A stretch of DNA of 64,000 nucleotides from an uncultured Chloroflexia bacterium (GCA_963767985.1 CAVYGE010000005.1:188453-252452); one strand, 5' to 3'. Shown: positions 21,979 to 32,936, numbered from the stretch's first letter. Numbers and translations: made by a program. The notes: generated by a model not told the origin, from the sequence alone.

Positions 21979-23500
21979 CGGCCGCCTGCGTTGCGCCGTT
22001 CGCCAGGAGATCACCCGAGTGGACCAGCTGGCGAATGGCCGCGATGTCCGGCGACGGCGGCCGGTCCCGGTCGAGGTGGGGCACCTGGGCCCTGATCTTG
22101 GCATGTGCTGTCGCCACGCCGACTCCGGGGCGCAGCGGCGCACGGAAGTCCAGGCCCTGGGCGGCACACAGGGCCTCGATGGCGAGGACGAGCTCCGCAC
22201 GGTCAACCGCCTCGCGCAGGTGGAGCGCGGCCGTGCCTCCCATGCTCACGTGGTCCTCCTGGTTGGCGCTGGTCGGGATGGTATCGACCGACGACGGGTG
22301 CGCCAGCGTCTGCAGCTCGTTCACCAGGGCCGCCGCGGTGTAGTGGGCGATCATCAGGCCGCTCTCCACCCCCGGCCTCTCGGCCAGGAAGGCGGGCAGA
22401 CCGGACAGGTGCGCGTCCACCAGGCGGGCGGTTCGACGCTCGGAGATTGACGCGAGCTCGGTCACCGCCATCGTGGCGTAATCCAGCGCCAGGGCAATCG
22501 GCTCGCCGTGGAAGTTGCCGCCCGAGACCACATCTCCGTTCGGAAAAACCAGCGGGTTGTCGGTCACCGAGTTGATCTCAACCTCGAGCACCCTCTCCAG
22601 TTCGCCGATCGCGTCGCGTGCCGCGCCGTGAACCTGCGGCATGCACCGCAGGCTGTACGCGTCCTGGACCCGGTGGTCGCTCTCCGCGTGCGACGCGCCG
22701 ATCTCGCTGTCGGACAGCAGCGCCCGCAGATGTGCCGCCGATGCGACCTGCCCGACATGCGGCCGAGCCGCGATCAGCCGCTCGTCGAAGGCGGCCCCGG
22801 TTCCCAGCATGGCCTCGAGGCTCATGGCCCCGACGACGTCGGCGGTGAGGGCCAGCCGGAGGGCGTCATGGTGCGCGAGCGCGCCGATCCCGGCCATCAG
22901 CTGCGTCCCGTTCAGGAGCGCCAGCCCCTCCTTGGCCTGGAGCGTCAACGGCTGCAGCCGCGCCCGGGCGAGCGCATCCAGGCCCGGACCCGGCCCCGCG
23001 CCGTCGACCGTGGCCTCGCCCTCACCGATCATCACCAGCGCCAGGTGCGCGAGCGGCGCGAGGTCGCCGGAGGCCCCCAGGCTGCCGCGTGCCGGGATCA
23101 CCGGATGGATCGCCGCATTCAGCATCCCGATCAGCAGCTCGGCGATCTCGACCCGCGCCCCGGAGAGCCCGATGGCGAGCGTGTTGGCGCGCAGCAGCAG
23201 CATGGCCCGGACCACCTCATCCGGCAGGGGATCACCGACACCGGCGGCGTGCGAGCGAACGAGGTTCCGCTGCAGCTCGGCCGTCTGGTCCGGCTCGATC
23301 CGGACGTCGGCGAGGTCGCCGAAGCCGGTCGTGATGCCGTACGCGGTCGCGCCGTCGATCACGAGCCGCTCGACGACGCCGCGCGAGGCGGACATCCGCT
23401 CCGCAGCAGCCGGGTCGAGCGCCACGGCGCGACGGCCACGCGCCACCTCGATCACGTTGTCGATCGAGAGGTCCCGACCGGAGAGCGGTAGCGGCGGCAT
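21971..23500 (-). CDS. hutH: Histidine ammonia-lyase
   Basis: YGITTGFG, GASGDLAPLAH (MIO-forming ASG), QDAYSLRC, GGNFHG, NQEDHVSM. Confidence 0.97.
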   Translation of the reverse strand: MPPLPLSGRDLSIDNVIEVARGRRAVALDPAAAERMSASRGVVERLVIDGATAYGITTGFGDLADVRIEPDQTAELQRNLVRSHAAGVGDPLPDEVVRAMLLLRANTLAIGLSGARVEIAELLIGMLNAAIHPVIPARGSLGASGDLAPLAHLALVMIGEGEATVDGAGPGPGLDALARARLQPLTLQAKEGLALLNGTQLMAGIGALAHHDALRLALTADVVGAMSLEAMLGTGAAFDERLIAARPHVGQVASAAHLRALLSDSEIGASHAESDHRVQDAYSLRCMPQVHGAARDAIGELERVLEVEINSVTDNPLVFPNGDVVSGGNFHGEPIALALDYATMAVTELASISERRTARLVDAHLSGLPAFLAERPGVESGLMIAHYTAAALVNELQTLAHPSSVDTIPTSANQEDHVSMGGTAALHLREAVDRAELVLAIEALCAAQGLDFRAPLRPGVGVATAHAKIRAQVPHLDRDRPPSPDIAAIRQLVHSGDLLANGATQAADG

Positions 23501-23541
23501 CGATCCCTATACTACGCACCGTGCGACGGCTGCCGGACCCC

Positions 23542-24354
23542 ATGAGACGCCTCGTGGTGAGCGACGAGGCGGCGCATCGCCTGGGTGGTGCCGTCCCGAG
23601 CCCCGCGGCGGCCTTCCTCCTCGCCGTGATCGCTCTCCCCGGCCTCTTCTGGCTCGTGATGCTCAAGCGCACCACGGTCTACACGGCTCCCGAGGAGTGG
23701 ATGATGACCACGATCATTCCGGGGATCCATTCGTGGGTCGAGACGAATCTGCCGCCCGTCGAGCTTCTCGTCATCAGCATCAGCGCCCTCGGCAGCGGCT
23801 GGTTCGTGGCCCTCGCCTTCGCCGGCTTCGGCATCCTGGCGCTCGCCAATCACCGCCGCGACCTGGCGTTGCTCTTCGCCCTCGGGACCCTGGCCTTCCC
23901 GATGGAGTGGGCGCTCAAGTACTTCACGTCGTCCGAGGCGATCAGCTTCACGGCGCTGCTCGGGGCCATCGTCAACGTCAACGATGTCGGCCTCGATGAC
24001 ATCGCCGACTTCCCGGCGGGGCACGCGTTGCGCGCAACGGTGCTGTACGGCATCGCCGCGTTCAGCGTCGCGCGCCTGGCCCACGACCATCGGCAGGGCC
24101 AGGTCGCGTACCTGGTGGCCGCTGTTTTCGTCGGCGCGATCAGCGCGACGCGGATCTACCTCGGCGCGCACTACCCGATGGATGTCCTGGGCGGCCTGAT
24201 GGCCGGCGCCGCGCTGCTCGCCATCCTGATCGCCGTCCACGTCCTGCGCGTCGACGAGCGGGCGCGCGCCCGCGAGCTGGCGCGACAGGCGGAACGCGAG
24301 GCGACCGGCGAACGACGGGTGGCCGTGCCGCGCCGCACCAGGGTCGAGGGCTAG
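23542..24354 (+). CDS. PAP2-family membrane phosphatase-like protein
   Basis: FPAGHA and TRIYLGAHYPMDVLGG motifs; multiple TM segments. Confidence 0.8.
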   Translation: MRRLVVSDEAAHRLGGAVPSPAAAFLLAVIALPGLFWLVMLKRTTVYTAPEEWMMTTIIPGIHSWVETNLPPVELLVISISALGSGWFVALAFAGFGILALANHRRDLALLFALGTLAFPMEWALKYFTSSEAISFTALLGAIVNVNDVGLDDIADFPAGHALRATVLYGIAAFSVARLAHDHRQGQVAYLVAAVFVGAISATRIYLGAHYPMDVLGGLMAGAALLAILIAVHVLRVDERARARELARQAEREATGERRVAVPRRTRVEG

Positions 24355-24366
24355 ACGCTGCTCGAC

Positions 24367-25029
24367 TTGATCGACCGCGAGGTCATCCCGTTCGTCCTGC
24401 AGATGTACGACGCCGTCGGCTACGTCGGCGTCGCGCTGGCCGTGGCGCTCGAGACGATCGTGGCGCCCATCCCCTCGGAGGTGATCCTGCCGATGGCCGG
24501 CTGGAAGGTCAGCCAATCGGCCGCCGATGCCTCCGTCCTCGAGCCGCTGACCGGGCTGCCGTGGAACATTCCGCTCGCCGTGCTGCTCGCCACGGTCGGC
24601 AGCGTGGCGGGGGCGGTCGTCGGCTACTACATCGGCGCCTGGGGCGGCCGACCGCTGCTCGATCGCTACGGGCGCTACGTCGGCATCGGCGCCGAGGACC
24701 TCGACCGCGCCGATCGATGGTTCGAGCGCTGGGGCACCTGGGCCGTCTTCTTCGGTCGCATGGTGCCGTTGGTGCGCACCTTCGTCAGCTACCCGGCGGG
24801 GATCAGCCGCATGCCAATGGGTCGCTTCCTCCTGTACAGCACGCTCGGTTCCCTGCCATGGAACGCGGCGCTGATCTACGCGGGGTTCGTTGTCGGCGAG
24901 AACTACGACCAGATCGAGGCCGCCATCAAGCCCTACGAGTACGTGATCTACGCGGTCGTGCTGGCGATCGTTGCGCTGGTGGTCATCCGCTGGCTGCTGG
25001 GAAAGCGACGGCGCGCGGCGGCCGGTTGA
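24367..25029 (+). CDS. DedA family membrane protein
   Basis: PIPSEVILPMAG, WFERWG, FFGRMVPLVRTFVSYPAG. Confidence 0.92.
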   Translation: MIDREVIPFVLQMYDAVGYVGVALAVALETIVAPIPSEVILPMAGWKVSQSAADASVLEPLTGLPWNIPLAVLLATVGSVAGAVVGYYIGAWGGRPLLDRYGRYVGIGAEDLDRADRWFERWGTWAVFFGRMVPLVRTFVSYPAGISRMPMGRFLLYSTLGSLPWNAALIYAGFVVGENYDQIEAAIKPYEYVIYAVVLAIVALVVIRWLLGKRRRAAAG

Positions 25030-25077
25030 CCGCTCTCGCGCCGCATGCCACGATCGGCGCAATCGAACGAATCCATC

Positions 25078-25232
25078 GTCTTCGGGGCGGGGTGCAAGTC
25101 CCCACCGGCGGTCGGCTCGTCACGTGAGCCAGCCCGCGAACCGCATCGGCGCGAATCCGATGCGGCCGACCTGACCCCCGGCGCTCGCCGGGGCAGACAG
25201 GGCCGACGGTCACAGTCCGGAAGGGAGAAGAC
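25078..25232 (+). ncRNA. FMN riboswitch
   Basis: GTCTTCGGGGCGGGGTGCAAGTCCCCACCGGCGGT ... AGCCCGCGAA ... GCCGACGGTCACAGTCCGGAAGGGAGAAGAC matches the RFN consensus. Confidence 0.93.
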
Positions 25233-25313
25233 GGCCGCGCGCCTCGCCGTGTCCCGGTGGGGAGCGATGGCAATGCCCCGTGCGCCGATGACCACCGCCT
25301 GCACGGGAGTGCG

Positions 25314-26141
25314 ATGAGCTCGCCCACCAATCAACGGCCCGGACTCGACCTGGCGATCCGCGATGTCGACGTGCGCTTCGCGTCGGCCGCGGAGGACGTC
25401 CATGTCCTGGATCGGCTGAGACTCGACGCGGCGGCCGGCTCCTTCATCGTGGTCATCGGGCCGAACGGCTGCGGAAAGAGCACCCTGCTGCGTCTCGTGG
25501 CCGGCCTGCTCGCGCCGTCGGCGGGGACCGTGCTGGTCGGTGGCGAGCCGCCGCGCCCGGGTGATGGGCGGGTCGGCCTCGCGTTCCAGCAGCCACGCCT
25601 CGTTCCGTGGCGCTCGACGCTCGACAACGTGGCCCTGCCCCTCGAGCTTGCCGGCATCTCGGCCCGCGATCGCCGGGCGGCGGCCATGGAGGCACTCGAC
25701 CGCGTCGGGCTGTCGTCGGCCGCGGGGCTCCGGCCGCGCGAGCTGTCGGGCGGCATGGCGCAGCGAGCGGGGCTTGCCCGTGCGCTGATCGGTGATCCCC
25801 CGGTGCTGCTGCTCGACGAGCCCTTCAGCGCGCTCGATGCGCTGACCCGCGAGACATTCGACGCCGAGCTGCAGGCGCTGTGGCTCGATCGACCGCGGAC
25901 CGTCATCCTCGTCACCCACAGCGTGAGCGAGGCCGTGGCGCTGGCCGGGCAGGTGGTCGTGATGTCGCCACGGCCCGGCCGGGTCGCCGAAGTCGTCGAC
26001 ATCGACCTCCCGCGCCCGCGCCCCGCCGAGCTGATGACCGAGCCGCGCGCGGCAGACTTCGCCGTGCGGGTTCGTGGCGCCCTCGCCGCCGGGCACGCGA
26101 CCGAGCTCCGATCCTGGACCGACCCGGCGGACGTGGCATGA
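25314..26141 (+). CDS. NitT/TauT-type ABC transporter ATP-binding protein (probable riboflavin uptake)
   Basis: GPNGCGKST, LSGGM, LLLDEPF; first gene after the FMN riboswitch. Confidence 0.92.
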   Translation: MSSPTNQRPGLDLAIRDVDVRFASAAEDVHVLDRLRLDAAAGSFIVVIGPNGCGKSTLLRLVAGLLAPSAGTVLVGGEPPRPGDGRVGLAFQQPRLVPWRSTLDNVALPLELAGISARDRRAAAMEALDRVGLSSAAGLRPRELSGGMAQRAGLARALIGDPPVLLLDEPFSALDALTRETFDAELQALWLDRPRTVILVTHSVSEAVALAGQVVVMSPRPGRVAEVVDIDLPRPRPAELMTEPRAADFAVRVRGALAAGHATELRSWTDPADVA

Positions 26142-26878
26142 GAAGCATCGGTGCGGCCGTCCTGAGCCTCTTCGTGTTCCTCGCGGTCTGGAAGCTGGCG
26201 ACCGTGGTCGGCGGATACCCGGAGTTCATCCTGCCTGCGCCCGAGGTGGTCGGCGAGCGCGCCGTGCGCGCCATCGGCAGCGGCATCCTGTGGGAGCACG
26301 CCAGCGTGACGCTGCTCGAGATCGTGCTGGGCTTCGCGGTGGGTGCGACGGCCGCGATCGTCATCGGCGTCGCGCTCGGCAAGAGCGTCCTGGTGGAGCG
26401 GGTGCTGTCGCCGTACATCGTCGCGGCGCAGGCCGTGCCGATCCTGGCCCTGGCGCCGCTGCTCGACATCTGGTTCGGCGGCGGCCTGCTGGCACGCGTC
26501 GTCATCTGCGCGCTCATCGTCTTCTTCCCGATCGCGATCGCGACCATGGTCGGCATCCGCGCCACCGACCCGCTGCTCGACGAGATGCTTCGCTCGGCGG
26601 GCGCGTCCCCCGCGCAGCGCACGCGGCTGCTGGAGATTCCCTCGGCCCTGCCGGTCCTCTTCGGCGGGCTGCGCGTCGGGGTGACGCTGGCGGTCATCGG
26701 TGCGGTGGTGGCCGAGTGGGCCGGCGCCAGCACCGGACTCGGCGTCCTCATCAACATCGCCAACCAGGGGTTGTTCGACACCCCGCTCATGTTCGTCGCC
26801 CTCGCGACGCTCGCCACCATCGGCCTCGTGTTCTACGGGCTGGTCGTACTCGTTGAGCGTCGCCTGGTCAGTCAATGA
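26138..26878 (+). CDS. ABC permease, RibX-like
   Basis: ILPAPEVV, QAVPILALAP, EAA-loop region, GAVVAEW. Confidence 0.88.
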   Translation: MRSIGAAVLSLFVFLAVWKLATVVGGYPEFILPAPEVVGERAVRAIGSGILWEHASVTLLEIVLGFAVGATAAIVIGVALGKSVLVERVLSPYIVAAQAVPILALAPLLDIWFGGGLLARVVICALIVFFPIAIATMVGIRATDPLLDEMLRSAGASPAQRTRLLEIPSALPVLFGGLRVGVTLAVIGAVVAEWAGASTGLGVLINIANQGLFDTPLMFVALATLATIGLVFYGLVVLVERRLVSQ

Positions 26879-27873
26879 AAGGACCATCGATGCGTTCCCT
26901 GCGGCTCGTCCTCGTGCTCGCCATCCTGCCGCTCGTTGCGGCATGCGAGTGCGGGCCCTTTGCTTCGTGCCCCGCCAGCGCCCCGGAACTGCGCCCGATC
27001 ACGCTCGTGCTCGGCTATCGACCGGACGTCCAGTTTGCGCCGTTCTACGTGGCCCAACGGGAGGGGTTCTACGCCTCGGCGGGCCTCGAGGTCACGATCG
27101 AGCACCATCAGGCGTCCGATGTCCAGCGCCTGGTGGCGGATGGTCAGGCCGAGTTCGGCGTGGCCGACGCAACCGACGTCATGATCGCGCGCACGGCCGG
27201 CATCCCGATCAAATACGTGAGCACGCTCTACCAGGGCTTTCCGGTTGCGCTGATCGGTGACACTGCCGATGTTCCCGCAGACGCCGCCGGCCTGGCCGGC
27301 ATGACCATCGGGACTCCGGGCCGATTCGGCTCGTCGTGGCACGCGCTCCTCGCCGTGCTGGACGCTGGCGGCCTGACCGAGGACGACGTGACGATCCGGG
27401 AGTACCCGCAGTTCAACCAGGTCGACGGGCTCTCGAACGGCGATGTCCAGCTCATCACCGGGTTCCGGAACAATGAGCCGCTCCGGCTCGAGTCGCGCGA
27501 CGTCGACGTTGGCATGTTGACGGTGGACGAGATCGCGCCACTGCCCGGTCCGGGGGTGATCGTGGGCGACGAGCTCCTCGAGGCCGATCCCGCGCTGGTG
27601 GCAGCGTTCGTCGATGCGACCGCGGCCGCGCAGGCGGCCTCCATCGCGGACCCGGAAATGGCGTTCGCCGCCGCCGAGGCCGAGGTCTCGACCATCGCCG
27701 AGGACCCCGAGGTGGCCCGCGCGGTGCTCGATGCAACGGTCGAGCTGTGGGACGCCGGCGGCTTCGCGGACGGCGCGATCGACCAGGCGACCTGGTCCGC
27801 CGGCTACGACACGATGGTTCGCCTTGGCTTCATCGATGGAACGGTTCCCCTGGCCGAGATGGTCGAGCCCTAG
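26875..27873 (+). CDS. NMT1/THI5-like substrate-binding lipoprotein, RibY-like
   Basis: Lipobox LVAAC; LGYRPDVQFAPFYVA; IGTPGRFGSSW; GFRNNEP; FMN-riboswitch context. Confidence 0.85.
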   Translation: MKGPSMRSLRLVLVLAILPLVAACECGPFASCPASAPELRPITLVLGYRPDVQFAPFYVAQREGFYASAGLEVTIEHHQASDVQRLVADGQAEFGVADATDVMIARTAGIPIKYVSTLYQGFPVALIGDTADVPADAAGLAGMTIGTPGRFGSSWHALLAVLDAGGLTEDDVTIREYPQFNQVDGLSNGDVQLITGFRNNEPLRLESRDVDVGMLTVDEIAPLPGPGVIVGDELLEADPALVAAFVDATAAAQAASIADPEMAFAAAEAEVSTIAEDPEVARAVLDATVELWDAGGFADGAIDQATWSAGYDTMVRLGFIDGTVPLAEMVEP

Positions 27874-28728
27874 TCCCGGATGGGTCGGCCGGCGGCTCGT
27901 TCGGCGGCCTCGACCGTCTGGCGCAGCACCATCATCGGGGTGACCGGCCCGACGCCGCCGGGAACCGGACTGATGGCGCGCACCACGGGTGCGACGGTGG
28001 CGAAGTCGACATCGCCGACGATCCCGGCAGGCGTCGAATTGATTCCGCAGTCGACGACGACGACCGACCCGTTCACCATCTCCGGCTGCACCAGGCCCGG
28101 CGATCCGGCGGCGGCAATGAGCAGCTCGGCGCGCCGTGTCTCGCGGGCAAGGTGCGCCGTGGCTCGGTGGCAGACGACGACGGTCGCATCGCGGGCGAGC
28201 AGCAGTGAGGCCACCGGTCGGCCCACGACAGCCGAACGACCGATGATGACCGCACGCTGACCGGCGACGGGTATGCCATATGCCTCGAGCAGGGCGATGA
28301 CAGCCAGCGCGGTCGCGGGGACGAAGGCGGGCTCGCCGCGCGCCAGCCAGCCCGCGTTGGCGGGCGTGGCGCCATCGACGTCCTTGGCGGGGTCGATGCG
28401 CTCGACCAGGCGGCGACCGAGCTCGAGATCGGTCAACGGCTGAGCGATCACGATCCCGGCGACCCTGCGCGTCGTCGTTGAGACGCTCGATCGTCTCGAT
28501 CAGGGGACCCGAATCTTCCGTCAGCGCCAGCGGCTCGACGCCAACGCTGCGCGCCGCACGCTCGAGGCTCGATGCATACAGGGCGGACGCCTCGCTCGCC
28601 CCGGATCGGACGATCGCGAGCTGCGGCGGGGCCTCGGCGTCTCCGTCGGCGAGGCGCTCGACGCGGTGCTGGAGATCGCGTCTGAGGTGCGATGCCACAT
28701 CCCGTCCATCGAGGAGGCGGCTCGTCAT
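27870..28728 (-). CDS. folD: Methylene-THF dehydrogenase/cyclohydrolase (frameshift near 28465)
   Basis: IDPAKDVDG, IGRSAVVGRP, VGDVDF, SPVPGGVGPVT. Confidence 0.92.
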
Positions 28729-29364
28729 CGCAACCGCGCGGCCACGGCGTCCTGCACGCGGGCCTCCCGCTCCGCCAGGCCGTGGCGCAGCTGCTCCACG
28801 GCGGATTCGGCCCGGGCGTGCAGAGCGTCATCGTCCGCGACATGTGGCAGGTTGATGTCGACGTTGAGCAGGGCGCCGCGAAGGGCGGACGCCGCGAGGA
28901 GCGCCGCGACCCCGACATCGCTGATCGCGTTCTTGTTGCCAATCGGGAGAGAGCCGTGTTGTCAGGGTCAGGACCTCGGACGCCGCGCCGGCGATGCCGA
29001 GAGGGGTGCGGATCGCGTCGCGGAGGGCGGCGGCGATCTGGACGCGCCGTGTCTCCTGCTCGAGCTCCGTCCGGCGCGGGAAGCCGCCTCGCCTGGACCA
29101 CGGACGCGTAGGCGGCGGCGTCGCGTCGACCAGCCCGAGCAGCTCCGACTGGAACTGGGATGCCGCGACGCCGATCTCCCGCAGGTCGGACTCATGATCG
29201 GCGGCGGCCGGACGGCCCGTACTCAGGTCGACGACCATGTGGACCAGTGCCGCCGCCGTCGCACCGGCGAGCGCCGCCGCACTGCCACCGCCGGGCACGG
29301 GGTCGCTGGTCGCCAGTCGCTCAACGACCTCGCGCACGGGTGCGTCGACGATTCGCTCGTCCAT
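28725..29364 (-). CDS. Formiminotetrahydrofolate cyclodeaminase (FTCD_C), frameshifted
   Basis: DPVPGGGSAAALAGA, IGNKNAISDVGVA, GALLNVDINL; TGA overlaps the folD ATG. Confidence 0.85.
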
Positions 29365-29405
29365 TGGCGGGTGCGGTTCCTCGCGCAGGTTGCCCCGGCT
29401 ACCAG

Positions 29406-29433
29406 AATCGGCCCGGACGACACCGGGCCGATT
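29406..29433 (-). terminator. Probable terminator after the DUF6504-like gene
   Basis: AATCGGCCCGG-N6-CCGGGCCGATT, perfect 11-bp stem. Confidence 0.65.
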
Positions 29434-29454
29434 GTAGGCAGGTTGCCCGCGCGG

Positions 29455-29718
29455 TCAGGCGGCGCGCTCGACCGCCTCCAGGAACCAGCGGCGCCGACGA
29501 CCGTCGAAGGCGACGGATGCCCGGCTGCCGTCCGCACCACGCAGAACGAACGTGATCCGCGGGCCGCGCTCCGCCGGATACGCGGAGCGCTCGTCGCGCA
29601 CGGCGTCGAGGTCGGTGATTCGCAGCAGGTGCCCGTTCCAGCGGACTTCCGACGGCCGCTCCGCGTGACGATCCCATCGGACGCGGGCCTCGACGGGGGA
29701 GATCTTGACGAGTGCCAT
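29455..29718 (-). CDS. Small DUF6504-like protein
   Basis: 87 aa beta-rich ORF (PSEVRWNG ... RRRRWFLEAV) resembling DUF6504 proteins found near mutagenesis genes. Confidence 0.65.
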   Translation of the reverse strand: MALVKISPVEARVRWDRHAERPSEVRWNGHLLRITDLDAVRDERSAYPAERGPRITFVLRGADGSRASVAFDGRRRRWFLEAVERAA

Positions 29719-29758
29719 GGTGGTCGTTGCTCCTCACGGTGCGGCCTGCTCGGGCACT

Positions 29759-29805
29759 CGAACAGGCGTTCTATTCAGGTGCCGATCATACAGAACGCCT
29801 GTTCG
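29759..29805. promoter_or_regulatory. Two LexA boxes (GAAC-N4-GTTC)
   Basis: CGAACAGGCGTTCT (29759-29772) and AGAACGCCTGTTCG (29792-29805). Confidence 0.85.
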
Positions 29806-29810
29806 GTCCG

Positions 29811-31028
29811 TCAAGCCTCGTCTTCGACGTCCTCGGTGACGTCCGGACGCTCGCCGAAATCGAAGCGACGGTGGGGCCGATCGGTGAGCAGGCGCGCGCG
29901 CGTGATCGCCTCCTCGCCGAAGCGTTCGCGGACGGCGTCGATCGAGCGCGAGAGGCGGTCGTCGCGCGCGGGCGCCCCGAACAGGGTCAGCTGCTGGGCA
30001 TCGGTGAGCGAGATGGCGGTGAGACCGATGAGCCGCACGCCGCGCCCCGCGACCTGGGTCCTTGCGCAGCAGCGCGACACCGGTCTCATACAGGGGACGG
30101 CTGTCGCGGGTCGCATGGGGGAGGGGGGCCTGACGCGTCAGGGTCTCGAATCCCTCGTAGCGCAGCTTGAGCTGGACTGCGCGGGCGGCGAGGTCGTGGC
30201 GCCGGAGCCGGCTGGCGACCGACTCGGCAAGGTCGAGCAGCGTGGCCTCGAGACGACCGGGGTCCGCGCTGTCGGTTTCGAAGGTGTGCTCGTGTCCGAC
30301 GCTCTTCGGCGCCTGCATCGACTCGACGCGTCCGCGGTCGATGCCTCTGGCGCGAGACAGCAGATCATCTCCGTGCTTCCCGAATCGCCGATGCAGCGTC
30401 GCGCTCGAGAGCGCAGCCAGCTGGCCGATGGTTGTCACCCCGTACTCCGCCAGTGCCTGCTGAGCCTGCGGGACCGACCCCCCACAGGCGACTGATCGGA
30501 AGCGGGGCAAGGAAGGCGGCCTCCTCGCCCGCGGGCACGACCACCAACGCGTCCGGCTTGCGGAGGTCCGACGCGACTTTCGCGCACAGCTTGTTCGTGG
30601 CCACGCCGACGGATACGACCAGCCCGACCTCGTCGAGCACGCGACGCTTGATGTGACGAGCGATCGTCGGGCCGTCGCCGAATGCCGCCGCGCTGTGGGT
30701 GACGTCGAGGAACGCCTCGTCGAGGCTGATCGGCTCGACCTGGGGGGTGTAGGACGCGAAGATCGCCATGACCATGCGGGAGAGCTCGCGGTACCGATCG
30801 GGCCGTCCGGGAAGGAAGACGCCGTTCGGGCACCGCCGCGCGGCTGTTCGCAGGGGCATCGCAGAGAAGACGCCGAAGCGCGCGCGCCTCGTACGAAGAG
30901 GCGCTCACCACGCCGCGCTCTCCCGGGCGGCCCCCGACGATGACCGGCTTCCCGCGCAGGGATGGATCGTCAAGCTGCTCGACGCTGGCGTAGAACGCGT
31001 CGAGGTCGGCGTGGATGATGGTCGGCAT
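29811..31028 (-). CDS. dinB: DNA polymerase IV (frameshifts near 30880, 30480 and 30060)
   Basis: [46 protein letters not shown]. Confidence 0.93.
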
Positions 31029-31034
31029 CGGCGG

Positions 31035-32217
31035 TCAGGTGGCGAAGGCGATCCGGCGATCGACCGGGTTCGGAGCCACGAGTCGCAGGAGTCGGTCCGC
31101 TTCGGCCGCCAGAGCATCTCGGTCGCCGCCGGCGAGTGATCCGAAGGGTCGGAGCTCGATGCCGGCACCCGCTTCCGTCCGCTCGAGGCTCCACGTCCCC
31201 GCGACGACACCGTCGATCAGGAACGATGGGAGGACGTCGGCGTTCTTCGTGAACACCAGCGGCCGATGCTCATCGGCGAGGACGCGGTCACGGGCCTTCG
31301 GGTGATGCGAGAGCAGCAGGCTGTCCCAGCGCGCGAGCAGCCGCGGCGGAGCCTCGATCGTGGCCGATGGGCGCGGCGCTGCGTCAAGGTCGAGAACCGT
31401 TCGACCAGTCTCGTCCTCCATGGTGACGAGCTCATCCGCGATGGCGTCCAGCGCGCGACGCCACGGGCCGATGCCTCCGGGGCCGCGCCCGACGTAAGCG
31501 ACGAGATCGTCGAGCGTGGCCGGGCCGAACGCCGCGAGGTAGCGCCGGGCGACGTGTTCGCGAGCCTCCTCGATCGCGGGCTCGGCGCGCGCTCCGAGCC
31601 AATCCTCGGCCATGGGCGTAGAGCGAGCGGCCATAGCCTTCGCCCGAATGCGGGACGTGGACGAGGGGCACGAACGCCGCGAAGTGCCGCCACGCGGTGC
31701 GAACCACGATCTGGCTCTGTGGCTGGCGCCAGGCCGGCCGGGTGACGGCGGCGGCGTCGAGCCCTGCCTCGGCCGACATCAGCCGATCGAGCTCGAGGGA
31801 TGACATCGGCCGTTCGCGGAGCGCTGCGATCGCCGTCGCATGGGTTGCCATCAGTCGCTGGCCGAGCGACGATTCGACCGGGTCGGCCTTGACCAGCAGC
31901 TTCCATTGGCGCAGGCGCAGCGGTTGGCAGACGACGAACATCGGCCACAGCTCATCGGCCGCCACGACATGGATCGTGATCCGCATCAGCGAGCTGCGGA
32001 CGACCTCGCGGCCGTCGAGAGCTGCGGCGAGGTCGGCGGTCGCCCGATCAGCGGCGCGTGAGGCGAGGGCGACCGGCGGCCACTCGGGGTGCTGCGCCTG
32101 CAGCGACCCGACAGCGCGGACTGCCGTGCCGGCACTCATGGTGGCGTCGAACGGCTCGAGAAGCCCCTGGCGCGCCAGGGTCGCGCGGTTCAGCTCACGC
32201 CGAGTGATCAGCGCCAT
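31035..32217 (-). CDS. AlkZ-like (HTH_42) winged-helix DNA glycosylase (frameshift near 31625)
   Basis: LNRATLARQGLL, LQAQ, SLMRITIHVV, RRYLAAFGPAT, LLARWDSLLL, LIDGVVAGTW. Confidence 0.85.
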
Positions 32218-32229
32218 CGCGGCGCCGTG

Positions 32230-32883
32230 CTACGTGAGGCGGCGGATGACGCCGACGACCTTGCCCTGGATCTGGACCTCGGTCGCGTAGATCGGGTCCA
32301 TCTCGGCATTCGCCGGCTGGAGCCGGATCCGATCCTTCTCGCGGAAGTAGCGCTTGAGCGTGACGCCGTTGTCCTCGAGGAGGGCGACGACGATGTCGCC
32401 GTCGCGCGCCGTCGCCTGCGGCTGGACGATGACGAAGTCGCCGTCGTCGATGAGCGCGTCGATCATGCTCTTGCCCCGTACCCGCAGAACGTAGGAGTCC
32501 TCGCGAGCCTCCAGAGACCGCGGCACTTCGAGCGTCTCCGCCGCGTCCGCGTAGGCCTCGATTGGTTGTCCGGCGGCGATCTCGCCCATCACCGGCAGCG
32601 TGAGCGTCTCGCGCTCGATCGGCATCCGGAACGGCGTGACCTTGGCGGGGTCGGCGGCTCGCGTGGCGGGTCGCGTCACGCGCAGCGCTCGCGACGAATG
32701 GGTTCCGCGCTCGAGCAGGCCGTCGCGTTCGAGGGCGATCAGGTGGTGGTGGACCGCGCTGGTCGAGGCCAGGCCGACGGCGTCGGCGATCTCGCGGACT
32801 GACGGCGGATATCCGCGCTGCTCGACCGTCTGGGCGATGCAATCCAGGATTCGTTGTCGTCGTTCGGCATCGTGCCTGGTCAT
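32230..32883 (-). CDS. lexA: SOS repressor LexA
   Basis: GYPPSVREIADAVGL, IAAG cleavage site, GKSM (Ser) and VTLKR (Lys). Confidence 0.97.
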   Translation of the reverse strand: MTRHDAERRQRILDCIAQTVEQRGYPPSVREIADAVGLASTSAVHHHLIALERDGLLERGTHSSRALRVTRPATRAADPAKVTPFRMPIERETLTLPVMGEIAAGQPIEAYADAAETLEVPRSLEAREDSYVLRVRGKSMIDALIDDGDFVIVQPQATARDGDIVVALLEDNGVTLKRYFREKDRIRLQPANAEMDPIYATEVQIQGKVVGVIRRLT

Positions 32884-32936
32884 CGGATTTCTCCTCCGTC
32901 GCCTCGGTGTTCAACTCGGTCGACCTCGACCCTAGC

